Below, in pieces: positions 40,903 to 51,862 of a DNA stretch of 64,000 nt; positions within the stretch are counted from its first letter, which is position 1, and each line of letters begins with the position of its first letter. The DNA comes from Candidatus Latescibacterota bacterium (lineage in GTDB: Bacteria; Latescibacterota; UBA2968; UBA8231), in assembly GCA_965206595.1 (NCBI GenBank), contig OZ242214.1, forward strand, positions 2,176,001 to 2,240,000. The letters are read 5' to 3'. The notes beneath the pieces are model-generated. The model did not search any database. It saw nothing but the letters and a program-made list of their open reading frames with translations, and had not been told where the DNA came from. A program made the position numbers and the translations under genes.

Positions 40903-41910
40903 ATGCCGAAACAGCGAATAGCGATTGTGGGAGCGGGGAACATGGCCCGGACTCGGGGCCGGGCGTTTCTGGAGACCGGGCGTGCGGAAATCAGCGGTGT
41001 CGCCTCCCGGCGCGCGCAGCGCGCTGAGAGGTGCGGGGCCGAGCTTGGGTGCGGCGTTTTCTTCGATGACTTCCGCCGATTGGAGGAAGCCCGGCCGGAC
41101 GCGGTCCTGATCGAGGTTCCGCACCGCGTTCAGGACGAGGTCTCTCTATGGGCGCTGGATGCCGGTTACGACCTCCTGGTGGGCGGATGTCTGGCTTCGA
41201 GTTCGGAAAACGCGCGCAAGATCGTGGAAATGGCGGCCCGGAACAGTCGCATTGTGGAGGCCGGGTTCCAGCGCCGTTACGACCCCGCCTGGGAGGAGAT
41301 CCGGCGCCTGGTGGCGGGAAGGGAACTGGGGGCGCCGGTGATGGCCGTGACCATGGCCCTGTGGAACCCGGACCCGGACGGGTGGTACTGTGACCAGGAG
41401 GCGAGCGGGGGGATGCCGCTGACCCACATGAGTTACTGCTATCTCAATGCCGTCCGCTGGATTCTCGGCAGGCCGACCACCGTGTCCGCAATGGCCAATC
41501 GGATGCGAAATACGGCTCCCGGTCACGTAGTGGAAGAGACATGCGGGGCCCTGATCGGATTTGAAAACGGGGCCTTCGCTTCGGCCACCGCCAGTTATAT
41601 CGGGCCGGAGGGCATGCCCGACCCACAGCCGCGATTTGTCTGCGCCGAGGGTGGGATCCTGCCCAATGCCGACAGCCCGCCCGGCAAGGATTCCATTACC
41701 GTTTTCCAGAGGGGCCGTTCCGAGGTGCGCGCTTTTGAGAACTCGCCTTCTCCGCTTGTCCGGCAGGCAGCCGCCTTTCTGGATGCCATGGAAAGCCGTC
41801 GCGAAGCCCGCAATCCTCCGGAAGATGCCCTGCTGGATGTCGAAATTGCCGGAGCCGTCTCGGTTTCGGCCAGGGAACACAGGACGGTCTCGCTGGCGGA
41901 AATGCGGTAG
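40903..41910 (+). CDS. Gfo/Idh/MocA oxidoreductase (copy 2)
   Basis: IAIVGAGNMA; paralog of 32212-33219. Confidence 0.88.
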   Translation: MPKQRIAIVGAGNMARTRGRAFLETGRAEISGVASRRAQRAERCGAELGCGVFFDDFRRLEEARPDAVLIEVPHRVQDEVSLWALDAGYDLLVGGCLASSSENARKIVEMAARNSRIVEAGFQRRYDPAWEEIRRLVAGRELGAPVMAVTMALWNPDPDGWYCDQEASGGMPLTHMSYCYLNAVRWILGRPTTVSAMANRMRNTAPGHVVEETCGALIGFENGAFASATASYIGPEGMPDPQPRFVCAEGGILPNADSPPGKDSITVFQRGRSEVRAFENSPSPLVRQAAAFLDAMESRREARNPPEDALLDVEIAGAVSVSAREHRTVSLAEMR

Positions 41911-42046
41911 GTCCGGATGGATCCGGCAAAAATTGCCGAGCGATAGTTGCACAATGGTCGATGTGAGCCTGCGTGGATAAGAGGTATGATGTACGGACAG
42001 AACGGCCGGATCGGCTTATTTGTGCCTTCGGGTCAATACAGCAAGA

Positions 42047-42360
42047 CAGCTCCTTGAGGATCGTTTGCCAGTCCTTCGATCGAGCTCGCAGTACAGTTTG
42101 GTTGCCTGTCCGCCCGTATCCGCATCAATCCGGGGCCTGAGGGACCGTTGAGGGCACACCCAGCCATACACCCGGCGACGGCGACGGGTCGAGAAGGCAA
42201 GTCAGCGAACTCGAACGGCGGCTTCGGCGGGGCCCTGACAGGGGCCAACGCCGGGGCCGGGCCGGCAAACCAACCCCGGTCAAATAGCACCGGATCGAGG
42301 CCGGATCGGTCAGGGAACACCCGCGCCAGCAGGGTCGCCCACCGCAGCCGATGGCCGCAG
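42047..42360 (-). mobile_element. IS91/ISCR-like 3' remnant, copy 1 (lacks the terminal ori end)
   Basis: CGHRLRWATLLARVF / LTDPASIRCYLTGVGLPA coding plus shared downstream spacer. Confidence 0.78.
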
Positions 42361-42615
42361 GGTGGGGATTGAGGTTCAAGGTGGAACCGAACCGCTAGAC
42401 GAAGGTCACCGAGCCCCAACGCGCGTCATGGCCCATGGCCTGCGTCTCGTCGGCCTCCTCAGGCGACTTGAGATTCCCGTGGAGTTCCGCCTCAGCAGCC
42501 CAGAGGACGGTGATGTCGTCGCCGCTTATGGGTACGACAGTCTTGTTGTTCATGCCTCTATGCTGGTGGCGTTGAGGAGAATCGACGGCGAAATGCGCAA
42601 AGAACTCCTCATGGA

Positions 42616-42648
42616 GATGCGGCCGAGCTTGTACCGCCCGGCCGCATC
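42616..42648 (-). terminator. GC-rich hairpin downstream of the TonB receptor
   Basis: gatgcggccg-N13-cggccgcatc perfect 10-bp stem; no clear U tract. Confidence 0.4.
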
Positions 42649-42691
42649 CTCCACCATCTGCTTGGTCAGACTCTCTTTAGACGGTTTGCAA

Positions 42692-45367
42692 TCAAAATTC
42701 CGCAAACAGGCGCGTGTACCAGAAGGCACCGTTGTAATCCCAGGGTGTGCTCTCCGGGCGCAGATTGCCTTGGCCCGCAGTCTCCTCAGGTGCTGCTTCG
42801 GGCACCGAATCGAAAATATTCTGCGCCCCCACGCTCAGCTGATAGCGCTCGGCAAAGGCGTAGCCGACTTCGGCATCGACAATGACGCCCCCGTCAAAGG
42901 AATCGAGATCACCGCAACTGTTGTCCTGGAAGCGGCAGGCTTTCCAGGAGCTGAAGTAGCTGGGCCGCAGCATGGCATTCCAAGCGCCCATTTGGTGGCT
43001 GCCGGTGAGCACCAAGCGGTGCTCGGGGTTCATTGCCTCCAGTTCCACCTCGCGCCGGGGCGTCATCAGGGTGAAGTCGATCGGTTCGTCCAAGGGCTTA
43101 CCGAGGAATTCACTGACGGTCCGCACCTGCGAAAAGTCCTCGAGGACGTTCTGAGTCCAGTTGTAGGCGAAATCGACGTGGAACAGGGATTGGGTATCCC
43201 AAGTCCGCGTCCACGACAGCACCAAGTCAATACCTCGGGTGCGGGTGTCAAAGTCGTTGGAGAAGAACTTGACCTCCTGGAGGACGCTGACGCCTTGCAG
43301 GGCTTCCTCTTCGCGGATGATCGCGGCCATTTGATCGGTGATCTTGATATTCCCGGTCAGGGCGATGCGATCCTCGATGGCAATGTCGAAGTAGTCGAGG
43401 GTCAGATCGAAATCATCGGCGAGTTCCACCGCGGTGCCGACCGAAAATCCCACGGACTTTTCCTCGGTCAGTTCTACGCCCCCCAAGGCTGCGGCAATAG
43501 GATGAGTGGGCGGCACCTGCCCCTGCTCGGTCAGACCACCGGTGCCGGAGAAGCCGGTGGTCACGGCACGGAGATTGGCTTGGCCGGGCGACGGAGCGCG
43601 GAACCCAGTGCTGACCGTCGAGCGCAGGTTAACCCGATCGCTAGCCCGCAACAGGGCCGAGAGCTTGCCGTTGAGGGTATTGCCAAAATCGGCATAGAAA
43701 TCCTCGTAGCGCACGGCCGTGCCTAACTGGAGCTGCGGCACCACGTCCGCCTGCATGTCCAAATACAAGGCATAGTTGGGGCGATCCCACTTGCCGGCGT
43801 TATCCGGGTGCAGCCCCTGATAGCCGTTGGAACCGCTGCTGAAGCCTTGGGCGGCAAAGGGGCCCACCACGTAGGAGGCTTCGTCGCCGGCCACGGACTC
43901 GAACGTCTCTTGACGCCATTCCGCACCCCAAGCAATGCCGAGCGGCGAGGCCAAACCACCACCCACTTCCGCTGCATAGGAAAAGTCGAGGTTGGCCGCG
44001 ACTTCGGCCTGGATGTAGTCGCGCGGGCGGAACGACGTGGGCGTATCCGGCCCCAGCGAGGCGTTGATGGTATTGAAGATGAAGAATTCGATGTTGCTGC
44101 GGGCAGCACTGACGCTGGCGTCCCACTTGAGGCCACCGGAGCGGGCGCCGCGCAGGCCGGCTACCAAGCTCACATCGCGGATATCGGCTCCAAAGCGCGG
44201 CGTAAAACCACCGGGAAAGCGCTCGTTGAACAGGAAGAGATCGCCCTGGTACTCATCGACGAAAGCCTGGGCCTCGTCGAAGCTGGACTCCAGAGAGGGC
44301 ACTTCCAAATTCGCGGGATCAATGTCGTCGCTGAGATCGAGATCGACGACGGCCCGCTGATCGCCAATGCGAAATACGCTGCTGCGCGCCGAGGAAGTAC
44401 CTGGAGCACGGAAGAAAAAGCCTCCTTCGGCGCGGCGCTTGGCCCAGCCGCCAAAGCTATAGGCTTCAGCCCCATTGCCGAGGTCAACTCCGGCGTTGAA
44501 GAAGGTGTTCCACACGCCATCGAGGTCGGGGCTGCCCCAAATCTGCGCTGGCTCCTCGACGGGATAGCCCCTCGATCGCAGCGTCGCAGCATTGGCGCGT
44601 TGGCCGCTGCGGATGGTTGGATCGCTCTGGCGGTACTCGACGCTGACGTTGAAAAATCCGTCCTCGGTAAGCGGCAGGCCGACATTGGCGGCCACCTGGG
44701 ACAAGCGGCCGTCGCCCTCGAAATACTGGCCTCCCCGCGTTTCCACCAGCACCCCTTTGGAGGATTCGCGCAAGCGCAGGTTCAGCACCCCGGCGATAGC
44801 ATCGGAGCCGTACTGGGCCGCCGCGCCGTCGCGCAGCAGTTCCATTTGCGTCAAAGCAATGGCCGGGATCACGCTCAAATCCGGCCCTTGCGATCCCGTA
44901 TTGAGCGAACTGCCCAGCAGCGCGATCACGCCGGAGCGATGGCGGCGCTTGCCGTTGACAAGCACCAACAGGTTATCCGGCGGCAGACCCCGCAGCGTGG
45001 CCGGGCGCACCAAGGTTGCTTCGTCGTCAATACCGTGCCGCTGGATATTGTACGACGGGGTCAGGGTGCGCAGCATGTCATCCATATCGACCGCGGCTTG
45101 CGTGCGCAACTCGTCTGCATTCAGCACATCTACGGGCGCGGCCGAGTCCTTCCCCGAGCGCGGCGCATGGCGCGACCCCACGACGATGGCTTCTTCCATC
45201 AGATAGATGTCCTCGGAATAGACCCCCTCCTCGTCCTCTTCCTCCGTCTCAGCCTCCTCGGACCACGCGGCCTGCCCGACGACGAGCGAACCGACGAGGA
45301 CGAGACTCAGAGTCGCCATCCCCAATAGGCGCATTTGACCAGCAGAGTCCTCATATATGCTCCGCAT
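42692..45367 (-). CDS. TonB-dependent outer-membrane receptor
   Basis: Signal peptide; IVVGSR, LVLVNGKRRH, LRDGAAAQYGSDAIAGVLN; C-terminal Phe. Confidence 0.93.
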   Translation of the reverse strand: MRSIYEDSAGQMRLLGMATLSLVLVGSLVVGQAAWSEEAETEEEDEEGVYSEDIYLMEEAIVVGSRHAPRSGKDSAAPVDVLNADELRTQAAVDMDDMLRTLTPSYNIQRHGIDDEATLVRPATLRGLPPDNLLVLVNGKRRHRSGVIALLGSSLNTGSQGPDLSVIPAIALTQMELLRDGAAAQYGSDAIAGVLNLRLRESSKGVLVETRGGQYFEGDGRLSQVAANVGLPLTEDGFFNVSVEYRQSDPTIRSGQRANAATLRSRGYPVEEPAQIWGSPDLDGVWNTFFNAGVDLGNGAEAYSFGGWAKRRAEGGFFFRAPGTSSARSSVFRIGDQRAVVDLDLSDDIDPANLEVPSLESSFDEAQAFVDEYQGDLFLFNERFPGGFTPRFGADIRDVSLVAGLRGARSGGLKWDASVSAARSNIEFFIFNTINASLGPDTPTSFRPRDYIQAEVAANLDFSYAAEVGGGLASPLGIAWGAEWRQETFESVAGDEASYVVGPFAAQGFSSGSNGYQGLHPDNAGKWDRPNYALYLDMQADVVPQLQLGTAVRYEDFYADFGNTLNGKLSALLRASDRVNLRSTVSTGFRAPSPGQANLRAVTTGFSGTGGLTEQGQVPPTHPIAAALGGVELTEEKSVGFSVGTAVELADDFDLTLDYFDIAIEDRIALTGNIKITDQMAAIIREEEALQGVSVLQEVKFFSNDFDTRTRGIDLVLSWTRTWDTQSLFHVDFAYNWTQNVLEDFSQVRTVSEFLGKPLDEPIDFTLMTPRREVELEAMNPEHRLVLTGSHQMGAWNAMLRPSYFSSWKACRFQDNSCGDLDSFDGGVIVDAEVGYAFAERYQLSVGAQNIFDSVPEAAPEETAGQGNLRPESTPWDYNGAFWYTRLFAEF

Positions 45368-45453
45368 AATAAACCCTCCCGAGTTAAGTGCTTGGAGCTG
45401 TTAAACATAGAAAGCCAGGAAAACCCCTATATCATCCATCCTAATTATACAAA

Positions 45454-45730
45454 AGTATAGGTAAAATGAGGCACCTTTTTGGACTCTCGGGTCCAGGCGC
45501 TGAGCGCACCGCTAGGGTCGGGCAGCTCCCTGAGGATCGTTTGCCAGTCCTTCGACCGAGCTCGCAGTACAGTTTGGTTGCCTGTCCGCCCGTATCTGGA
45601 TCAATCCGGGGCCTGAGGGACCGTTGAGGGCACACCCAGCCGTACGCCCGGCGACGGCGACGGGTCGAGAAGGCAGGTCAGGCGGCAAACTCGAACGGCG
45701 GCTGCGAGAGGGGCCGCTCGCGCTCCGGGC
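45454..45730 (-). mobile_element. IS91/ISCR-like 3' remnant with oriIS-like end, copy 2
   Basis: Begins agtataggtaaaatgaggcacctttttggactc (minus strand ...TTTTACCTATACT); transposase portion resumes at 46307. Confidence 0.82.
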
Positions 45731-45996
45731 TATTTGAGCAAGAGTAGCCGCCGCGTCTGCACGCCGCTGGGGTGGTGCAAGCGCACGAAGTAAACCCCCG
45801 TCGCTACTGCAATGCCTCGCTGGTCGCAGGCATTCCAGGGGACTTGATAGAAGCCGGCGGCCTGTACTTGGTTCACCAAGGTATGCACCTGTTGGCCCAA
45901 GACGTTGCAAACCTCCAGTCGCACCGGGCCGGGAGTGGCCAAGCGGTAGGAGATTTGGGTGGTGCTGTTGAAGGGATTGGGGTAATTGGGCTCCAA
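45730..45996 (-). pseudogene. Orphan FlgD-Ig/T9SS-type C-terminal domain
   Basis: PNYPNPFNSTTQISY...NVLGQQV...GVYFVRL...TRRLLLLK with no upstream gene body. Confidence 0.75.
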
Positions 45997-46028
45997 GCGG
46001 CTGGTCCGAAGAGGCCATCGGCACGGCC

Positions 46029-46277
46029 TTGACCTACCTGCAAAAGCGACTGCACCAGGTCGATTTCGGCAGCCATCGCAAGGGGGGATATCCGATCGAA
46101 TCGGCGCATCGCTTCATCGGCCACGTTCGTCTGAAACGATCCGGCGCCTGGTGGTATAAGGAAAACAGCAACGCCATCCTCGCTCTGCGCTGCGCCCTGT
46201 ACAATGGAACGCTCGACCGGATCTTTCAGCAGTACCGCGAAAACCCTGAACAATCACCAACCGTAACAATCAGCTAA
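46029..46277 (+). mobile_element. ISKra4-like transposase C-terminal fragment
   Basis: GYPI[GSG missing]ESAHR...RLKRSGAWW...AILALR. Confidence 0.65.
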
Positions 46278-46306
46278 GACAAGACACCCACTCGAAGTCG
46301 CAGAAC

Positions 46307-46615
46307 GAAATAGCATCGGATCGAGGCCGGATCGGTCAGGGCGGCGAGGATCCTCAGACGCCCGCCACAGGCCGCGCATTCGCTGAGGTCGGAGGAAAAC
46401 ACCCGCGCCAGCAGGGTCGCCCAGCGCAGCCGATGGCCGCAGGACGCAGCGCTCGCCGAGCCGTCCGCCGCCGCCGGCTCGGCAACCGGCTTGGCCGGCA
46501 CGATGCGGTCGCGGGCACGGGGCGCCAGGACCCCGTGATAGCGTAGGAGATGGAGCCGGGGCGGGGGGACCAGATCCGCGTAGCCGCATGCAGCGAAAAG
46601 CCGCGCGAAGCAAAG
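46307..46615 (-). mobile_element. IS91-family (Y2) transposase fragments
   Basis: GFSLHAA; LVPPPRLHLLRYHGVLAP; CAACGGRLRILAAL. Confidence 0.8.
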
Positions 46616-46795
46616 CACAAGGGCGCCGTACGCACCCCGGTGGCGCGGGCGCGGATCTGGTAGATCGCATCATCGGTCTCGCCGACGATTTCTGCAAAGG
46701 AATCAGTACTCATGTTACCTCGTTATTTTTTCGTTCAGTCCTACCAGCCCTCTTCGCGGACTTGGATCTGTTTTAGCAGGGGACGCCACCAAGCT

Positions 46796-48218
46796 GGCAT
46801 TGTCCCGATCTTAGTTGAAACAGCACAGGCTCCCCTCGCTACCTTGGTACGGGAAGTTTTTTTCCGGAAAACATCAGGTAACAGAAAGGAGCCTGCCATG
46901 AGCAAGCTATCAGGACCCCGGAAGCAGGTCAAACGCAGCCTGGAAATCGGCCCCGTGAATGCGGAGGCCGCCGCCCTTACCGGCGATCTGGATACGCGCA
47001 TCGAGGGGATCCAATGCCTGATTCCTTTGGGTCTGCAAGCCGTCGCCGAGGAACTGCAACGGGCGGTCGAGGAGTTGGCCGGGCCGCGCTATCAGCGCAA
47101 GGGGGCCGAGCAGCCGGTGCGCCGCTGGGGATCTCAGTCCGGATCGGTGTATCTGGGCGATCAGAAACTGAGGGTCGAAGTGCCGCGGGTGCGCAATGTG
47201 GCCAGCCGGACCGAGGTGCCGCTGGCGGCCTACCAGGCCCTGCAGAGGCCCCGGAACCAGGACGAGGGTCTGTTGCTGCGCGTGTTGAAAGGGATCGCCA
47301 CGCGCGACTACGAGGCCTGCGCCGAGGCCGTCCCGGCCGCCTTCGGCCGGTCCGGTTCCTCGGTGTCGCGCCGCTACGTGAAAGGCACGGCGCGAAAGCT
47401 GGCCGAATTCCAGGAGCGATCCCTGGAAGGATACGATCTGGTGGCGCTGTTTCTCGACGGCAAGAGCTTCGCCGACGAAGAAATCCTCATCGCGCTGGGG
47501 GTCACCCTGGACGGACACAAGATTCCGCTGGGCTTCGTGCAGGCGGCCACCGAGAACGAGCGCGTCTGCCGGCGCTTCCTGTCCGATCTGGTCGAACGGG
47601 GCTTGCAGTATGAAGCCGGACTGCTGGTCGTCCTCGACGGCGGCAAGGGACTGTACAAGGCGGTGCGGTCGGTGCTGAAAGGGCATGCCTGCGTGCAGCG
47701 CTGCCAGTATCACAAGCGCCAGAACGTCGTCTCGTATCTGCCCAAGAGCGAGCAGGCCCGGATCCGTTACAAAATGGAAGCGGCCTACGGGCAAGCGACG
47801 TACGAGGAGGCCAAGGCTGCCCTGGAGGCGCTCAAACCGGGCTTGGAGCTGACGAACCAGTCCGCCCTGCGCAGCCTCGAGGAAGGCCTGGAAGAGACCC
47901 TCACCCTGCACCGCTTGGGAGTGATGCCGATGTTGAAGAATTCCTTCCGTACCACCAACTGCATCGAGAACGTCAACGGTCTCCTGGAGCAGTTGACGCA
48001 TAACGTGCGGCGCTGGAGCAACTCATCGCAGCGTCACCGCTGGGTAGCCACGGCGCTGTTGGACATCGAACCGCGTCTGCGCCGGGTCAAGGGCTACCGT
48101 CACTTACCGACGATGCGGCACGCCCTGCAAGGCGAGCTCGGTATCAAACAGCTCGCTATGACGGGCTGATCTATTCAACCGAGCCTGTGCTTTGTTTCAA
48201 CTGAAAATGGGACTTGCC
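46796..48218 (+). mobile_element. IS256-family element, 9-bp target duplication caccaagct
   Basis: IRs ggcattgtcccgatcttagttgaaac / gtttcaactgaaaatgggacttgcc; TSD at 46787-46795 and 48219-48227. Confidence 0.92.
46898..48169 (+). CDS. IS256-family DDE transposase
   Basis: LFLDG, VLDGGKGL, QRCQYHK, RTTNCIE. Confidence 0.92.
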   Translation: MSKLSGPRKQVKRSLEIGPVNAEAAALTGDLDTRIEGIQCLIPLGLQAVAEELQRAVEELAGPRYQRKGAEQPVRRWGSQSGSVYLGDQKLRVEVPRVRNVASRTEVPLAAYQALQRPRNQDEGLLLRVLKGIATRDYEACAEAVPAAFGRSGSSVSRRYVKGTARKLAEFQERSLEGYDLVALFLDGKSFADEEILIALGVTLDGHKIPLGFVQAATENERVCRRFLSDLVERGLQYEAGLLVVLDGGKGLYKAVRSVLKGHACVQRCQYHKRQNVVSYLPKSEQARIRYKMEAAYGQATYEEAKAALEALKPGLELTNQSALRSLEEGLEETLTLHRLGVMPMLKNSFRTTNCIENVNGLLEQLTHNVRRWSNSSQRHRWVATALLDIEPRLRRVKGYRHLPTMRHALQGELGIKQLAMTG

Positions 48219-48767
48219 CACCAAGCTTCGTTGTCGCGGTACCAGTGGACGGTATCGCGGAAGCTCTGGGCAAAATCAACTTGCGGTTCCCAACCCAATT
48301 GGATGCGGATTTTGCTTGAATCAAGTAGGTAGCGCCGGTCGTGGCCAGGCCGGTCATCGACATAGGTTTTGTGCCCGGCGTCCATCCCCAAGGCGTCGAG
48401 GATCAGGTCGGCGATGGTTTCGACGTCTTTTTCAATGCCGCTGCCAACGTTGTACGTATGGCCGATCTCGCCTTTTTTCAGCACTAGGTCGATGGCCCGG
48501 CAGTGGTCATCGACGTGGAGCCACTCGCGGCGGTTCTGGCTCGAGAATGTACAACGGCATCTTCTGGCCGGTGAGCAGGCGGACGACGAAGAAGGGGATG
48601 ACTTTTTCCGGGAATTGATAGGGGCCGAAGTTGTTGGAGCAATTCGACAGCGTCACGGGCAAGCCAAAGGTGTGGCCATAAGCGCGCACGGCCAAGTCGG
48701 CCGCAGCCTTGGCCGCGTTGTACGGAGTGCGCGGCCGATAGGGCGATTCCTCGGTGAAGGACTCATC

Positions 48768-51700
48768 GTAACCGTTCAGTTCCCTGGCAGATTGGGGCCG
48801 GGGGGCGGAATGGTTGCGGGCTGATATTAACGAATGGGGGAGTGGGTTGGAGGCAGCAGCGAGGGCGCCGGCTGCTGAGACACGGCCGCGTCACAGGCCA
48901 TCCTGAGATAGTCGAGGACGTTGCGCTGCTGCTGGCGCAGGGTATCGCGCACCGTGAGCAGGCGCTCTACAAAACGGCTGCCTTCGGCACTGTGGGTACC
49001 GAAGCTGGTGTGACGCCACAACACGCCATGGCGAAGGGCTCGTTCGGCTTCGTTGTTGGTCGGCTCGACGCCGGGCCGGCGTGCGAAGGTCCACAGGGCC
49101 GGCCCGAGGTCGAGGAGATTGGCGCAGGTGGCCGCCGTCTTGGCGTCGGCGAACCGCTGCCCATAGCACAAATGAAAACGAAAGCGCAGACACAAATCGT
49201 CGATATAGTCCTGGAAGCGGGCGCGGGACAGGGTGCCGTCGCGGACTTGATGCCACCAGGTAAACAGCTGCTCGCTGCGGTCCAACAGGTGGTGACCGAC
49301 GCGCCCGGCCTCTCCGCCCCGGGCCACGAACTCCTCGAAGGCGCGCCGCAGATGCGCCCAGCACACTTGCCGGCGTCGAAGCGGCAGATGCCCATAGGCC
49401 GAATAGCGATCGCAGCCGACCACCGCCGTGTTATCCGCACCCAGCATCTCATCGACCCCGTCGCGTCCCCGGCTGGGGCGAATGGAGAATACGGTGACGC
49501 CCTCGGTCACCGCGGTCCACAACCAGGCCTTGGCGCGGGCCCTGGCGCCAGCCGGTCTCGTCGACGTTGACGAGGCCCTGTCGGCGAACGAAGGCGCGCG
49601 CCTCCTCGACCGCACCCGCCAGGGCCGCGGCCACTTCCTGTTCCAGCCGGCTGACCGTACCCAGCGACACCTCGAGGCCGAAGGCGTCGGACAACAGCGC
49701 CCGGATGTTGCGCTTGCTCAGCCGGTAGGCCCCGGCCAGCAGGCCGACCCAGGCCTGCACGCTAGGACCGAAGGTGTGCCGCGATACGCCCTCGGGCCAA
49801 CCGGCTGCGGTCAGGCGGTCGCAGTGAGCGCAGCGCAGGGTGTGCAGCTGATACTCGATGACCTCGGCCCGCAGCGGCGGGAGGACGACTTCCTGGTGAC
49901 GCTGCGGATGAGGATCGTCTCCCGTCAACGGGTGCCCGCATCCGTGGCACTGGCTGGGCTTGACCGGGATCCGTTCGTCCACCTGCTCGACCGATACCCA
50001 CGAGCGGCCGTGTCCTTCGTGCCCGGGCTGTCCGCCCGGCGAGCGCCCCGAGGACCGGCGTCGGGAGGTGTCGGTGCGCGGCGAGGAGGAAGCGCCCGAT
50101 TGCGACGAGGCGGCCCGGGCACCGCGGCGGGATCGCCCCTTGCGGCGGGCCAATTCCTGCTCCAGCTCGGCGATGCGCGCCGTCTGTTGTTCCACGATTT
50201 GCTCGAGCTGGACAATGCGCTGGCGCAGGTCGCTTTCGGAAGGGTCTATCCGGGTTTTTCAACGCCGAAACGTAAGTACGGAAAGTACCTGAGCCCTTGC
50301 TGTTCATCTGAGTACATGACCAGGCCATAGGTCGTTCCCTATGCTTGGTGTATCCCCATCAAGCACTCCCCAGGAAAGGGAAGGGAAGGCGACCTATGAC
50401 CGCTATGAAGTTCGTCTCCAAGCTGTTCAAGTTCAAGGGGTTTGGCGCTGTCGACGTGTGCTTCGAAGGACGCGGGGAGGAAGCGGCCGTCGTGGTTGCG
50501 GTGCAGCCCCACAAGAATGGGTGCCGGTGTCCCCAGTGTGGGCGCCGGGGCAAGATCGTACGGATCATGGAGCCCCGCCGCTGGCGCGACGTCCGCGTTT
50601 GCGGCCGTACCGTCTGGTTGTACCACCGCCCTCGAGAGATCCGCTGTCCGACCCACGGCCGGCACGTCGAGGAGGTGCCCTGGGCAGCGCCCTCGGCCCG
50701 GGTCAGCTACCGCTTCGAATACCTGCTGCTGACCTACTGCCAGTGGATGCCGCAGGTCACCGCCGCGCGCTTGCTGGGCCTGGCTCCCTCGACCCTGTCC
50801 GACCAGGTGCACCGGCTCATCGAGCGCCGGCGTACAGGCCATCGCCTCCGCGGGCTGACGACCCTCGGCATCGACGAGATCTCCTACGCCAAGGGCCATA
50901 AATACGCCACCCTGGTCTACGACCTGGAGCGCTCCTGTGTCGTCTGGATCGGCAAGGGCAAGGCCCGCGAAACGATCGATACGTTCTTCCGGGACCATCT
51001 CAGCGCCTTCCGGAAGGCCCGTATCCGCTGGGCCTGCTGCGATATGAGCGAGACCTTCATCGGCGCCATCCGCCAGCACTGCCCCAACGCCCAGCTCGTC
51101 CTGGACCGATTCCACGTCGTCAAGGCCCTCAACGAAGCCGTCGACGAGGTGCGCAAGGAACAGTGGCGGCAAGCCTGCGGCGAGGACCGCAAGCTGCTCA
51201 AGGGCCTGCGCTGGGTGCTGCTGCATCACTCCGCCCGGCGCTCGCCAAAGGACCGGCGCACGCTCCAAACCCTGGAGAAGGCCAACCGCCGCATCTACCG
51301 CGCCTGGCGCCTGAAGGACGAGTTCGAGCACTTCTGGCGCTACAAGGCGCGCTGAGCCGCCGAACGCTTCCTCAAGAAGTGGACGACGGCGGCCCTGCGC
51401 AGCCGCCTGGAGCCCCTGCGCAGGTTCGTCAACACGGTGCGCAAGCATGCGGCCGGCATCACGGCCTTCGTCGACACGCACCTGACCAACGCCGCCGCCG
51501 AAGGGCTCAATCGAATCATCCGCATGGTCAAGAATCGAGCCAGTGGATTTAAATCTCTGGATGCCTTTGCCGACCTCATTTACCTGTGCGTCGGAGACCT
51601 CGATATCCCTGCGCAGATTCCGGCCCGATTCCGTACCGTGTGAATCACTCAATATCTCTCTCTGTACATGCTATAAAATGTCCTTTGAAAAACCCGGATA

Positions 51701-51862
51701 TAGCCTTTCGGAAATCGCACTCTCAGGAGGTCTTTTCATGGGGGTCGCCGTATCCGGAGAATCTGCAACACACAACCAATCCCGAAAATACCGACGAACC
51801 CGAAAACTCGCTGGGTATTTCTTTAAATGCGCAAACTACTGCAGGGGGGACTGAACGGTTAC
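48768..51862 (-). mobile_element. IS66-family element, 8-bp target duplication gactcatc; transposase split by ISL3 and frameshifted near 49540
   Basis: IRs gtaaccgttcagt; TSD 48760-48767 and 51863-51870; GGQPGHEG, DETGW, QVCWAHLRR, PTNNEAERALR; ATG 51739. Confidence 0.92.
50242..51705 (+). mobile_element. ISL3-family element nested in IS66, 8-bp target duplication tttcggaa; transposase about 50397-51643 with internal TGA
   Basis: 21-bp IRs gggtctatccgggtttttcaa / ggctatatccgggtttttcaa; TSD 50234-50241 and 51706-51713; GIDE, CDMS, DRFHVV, TNAAAEGLN. Confidence 0.92.

Noticed and set aside
32212-41910. Diversity-generating retroelement template/variable repeat pair
   Set aside because: Differences are mostly synonymous and not adenine-specific; no reverse transcriptase in the window.
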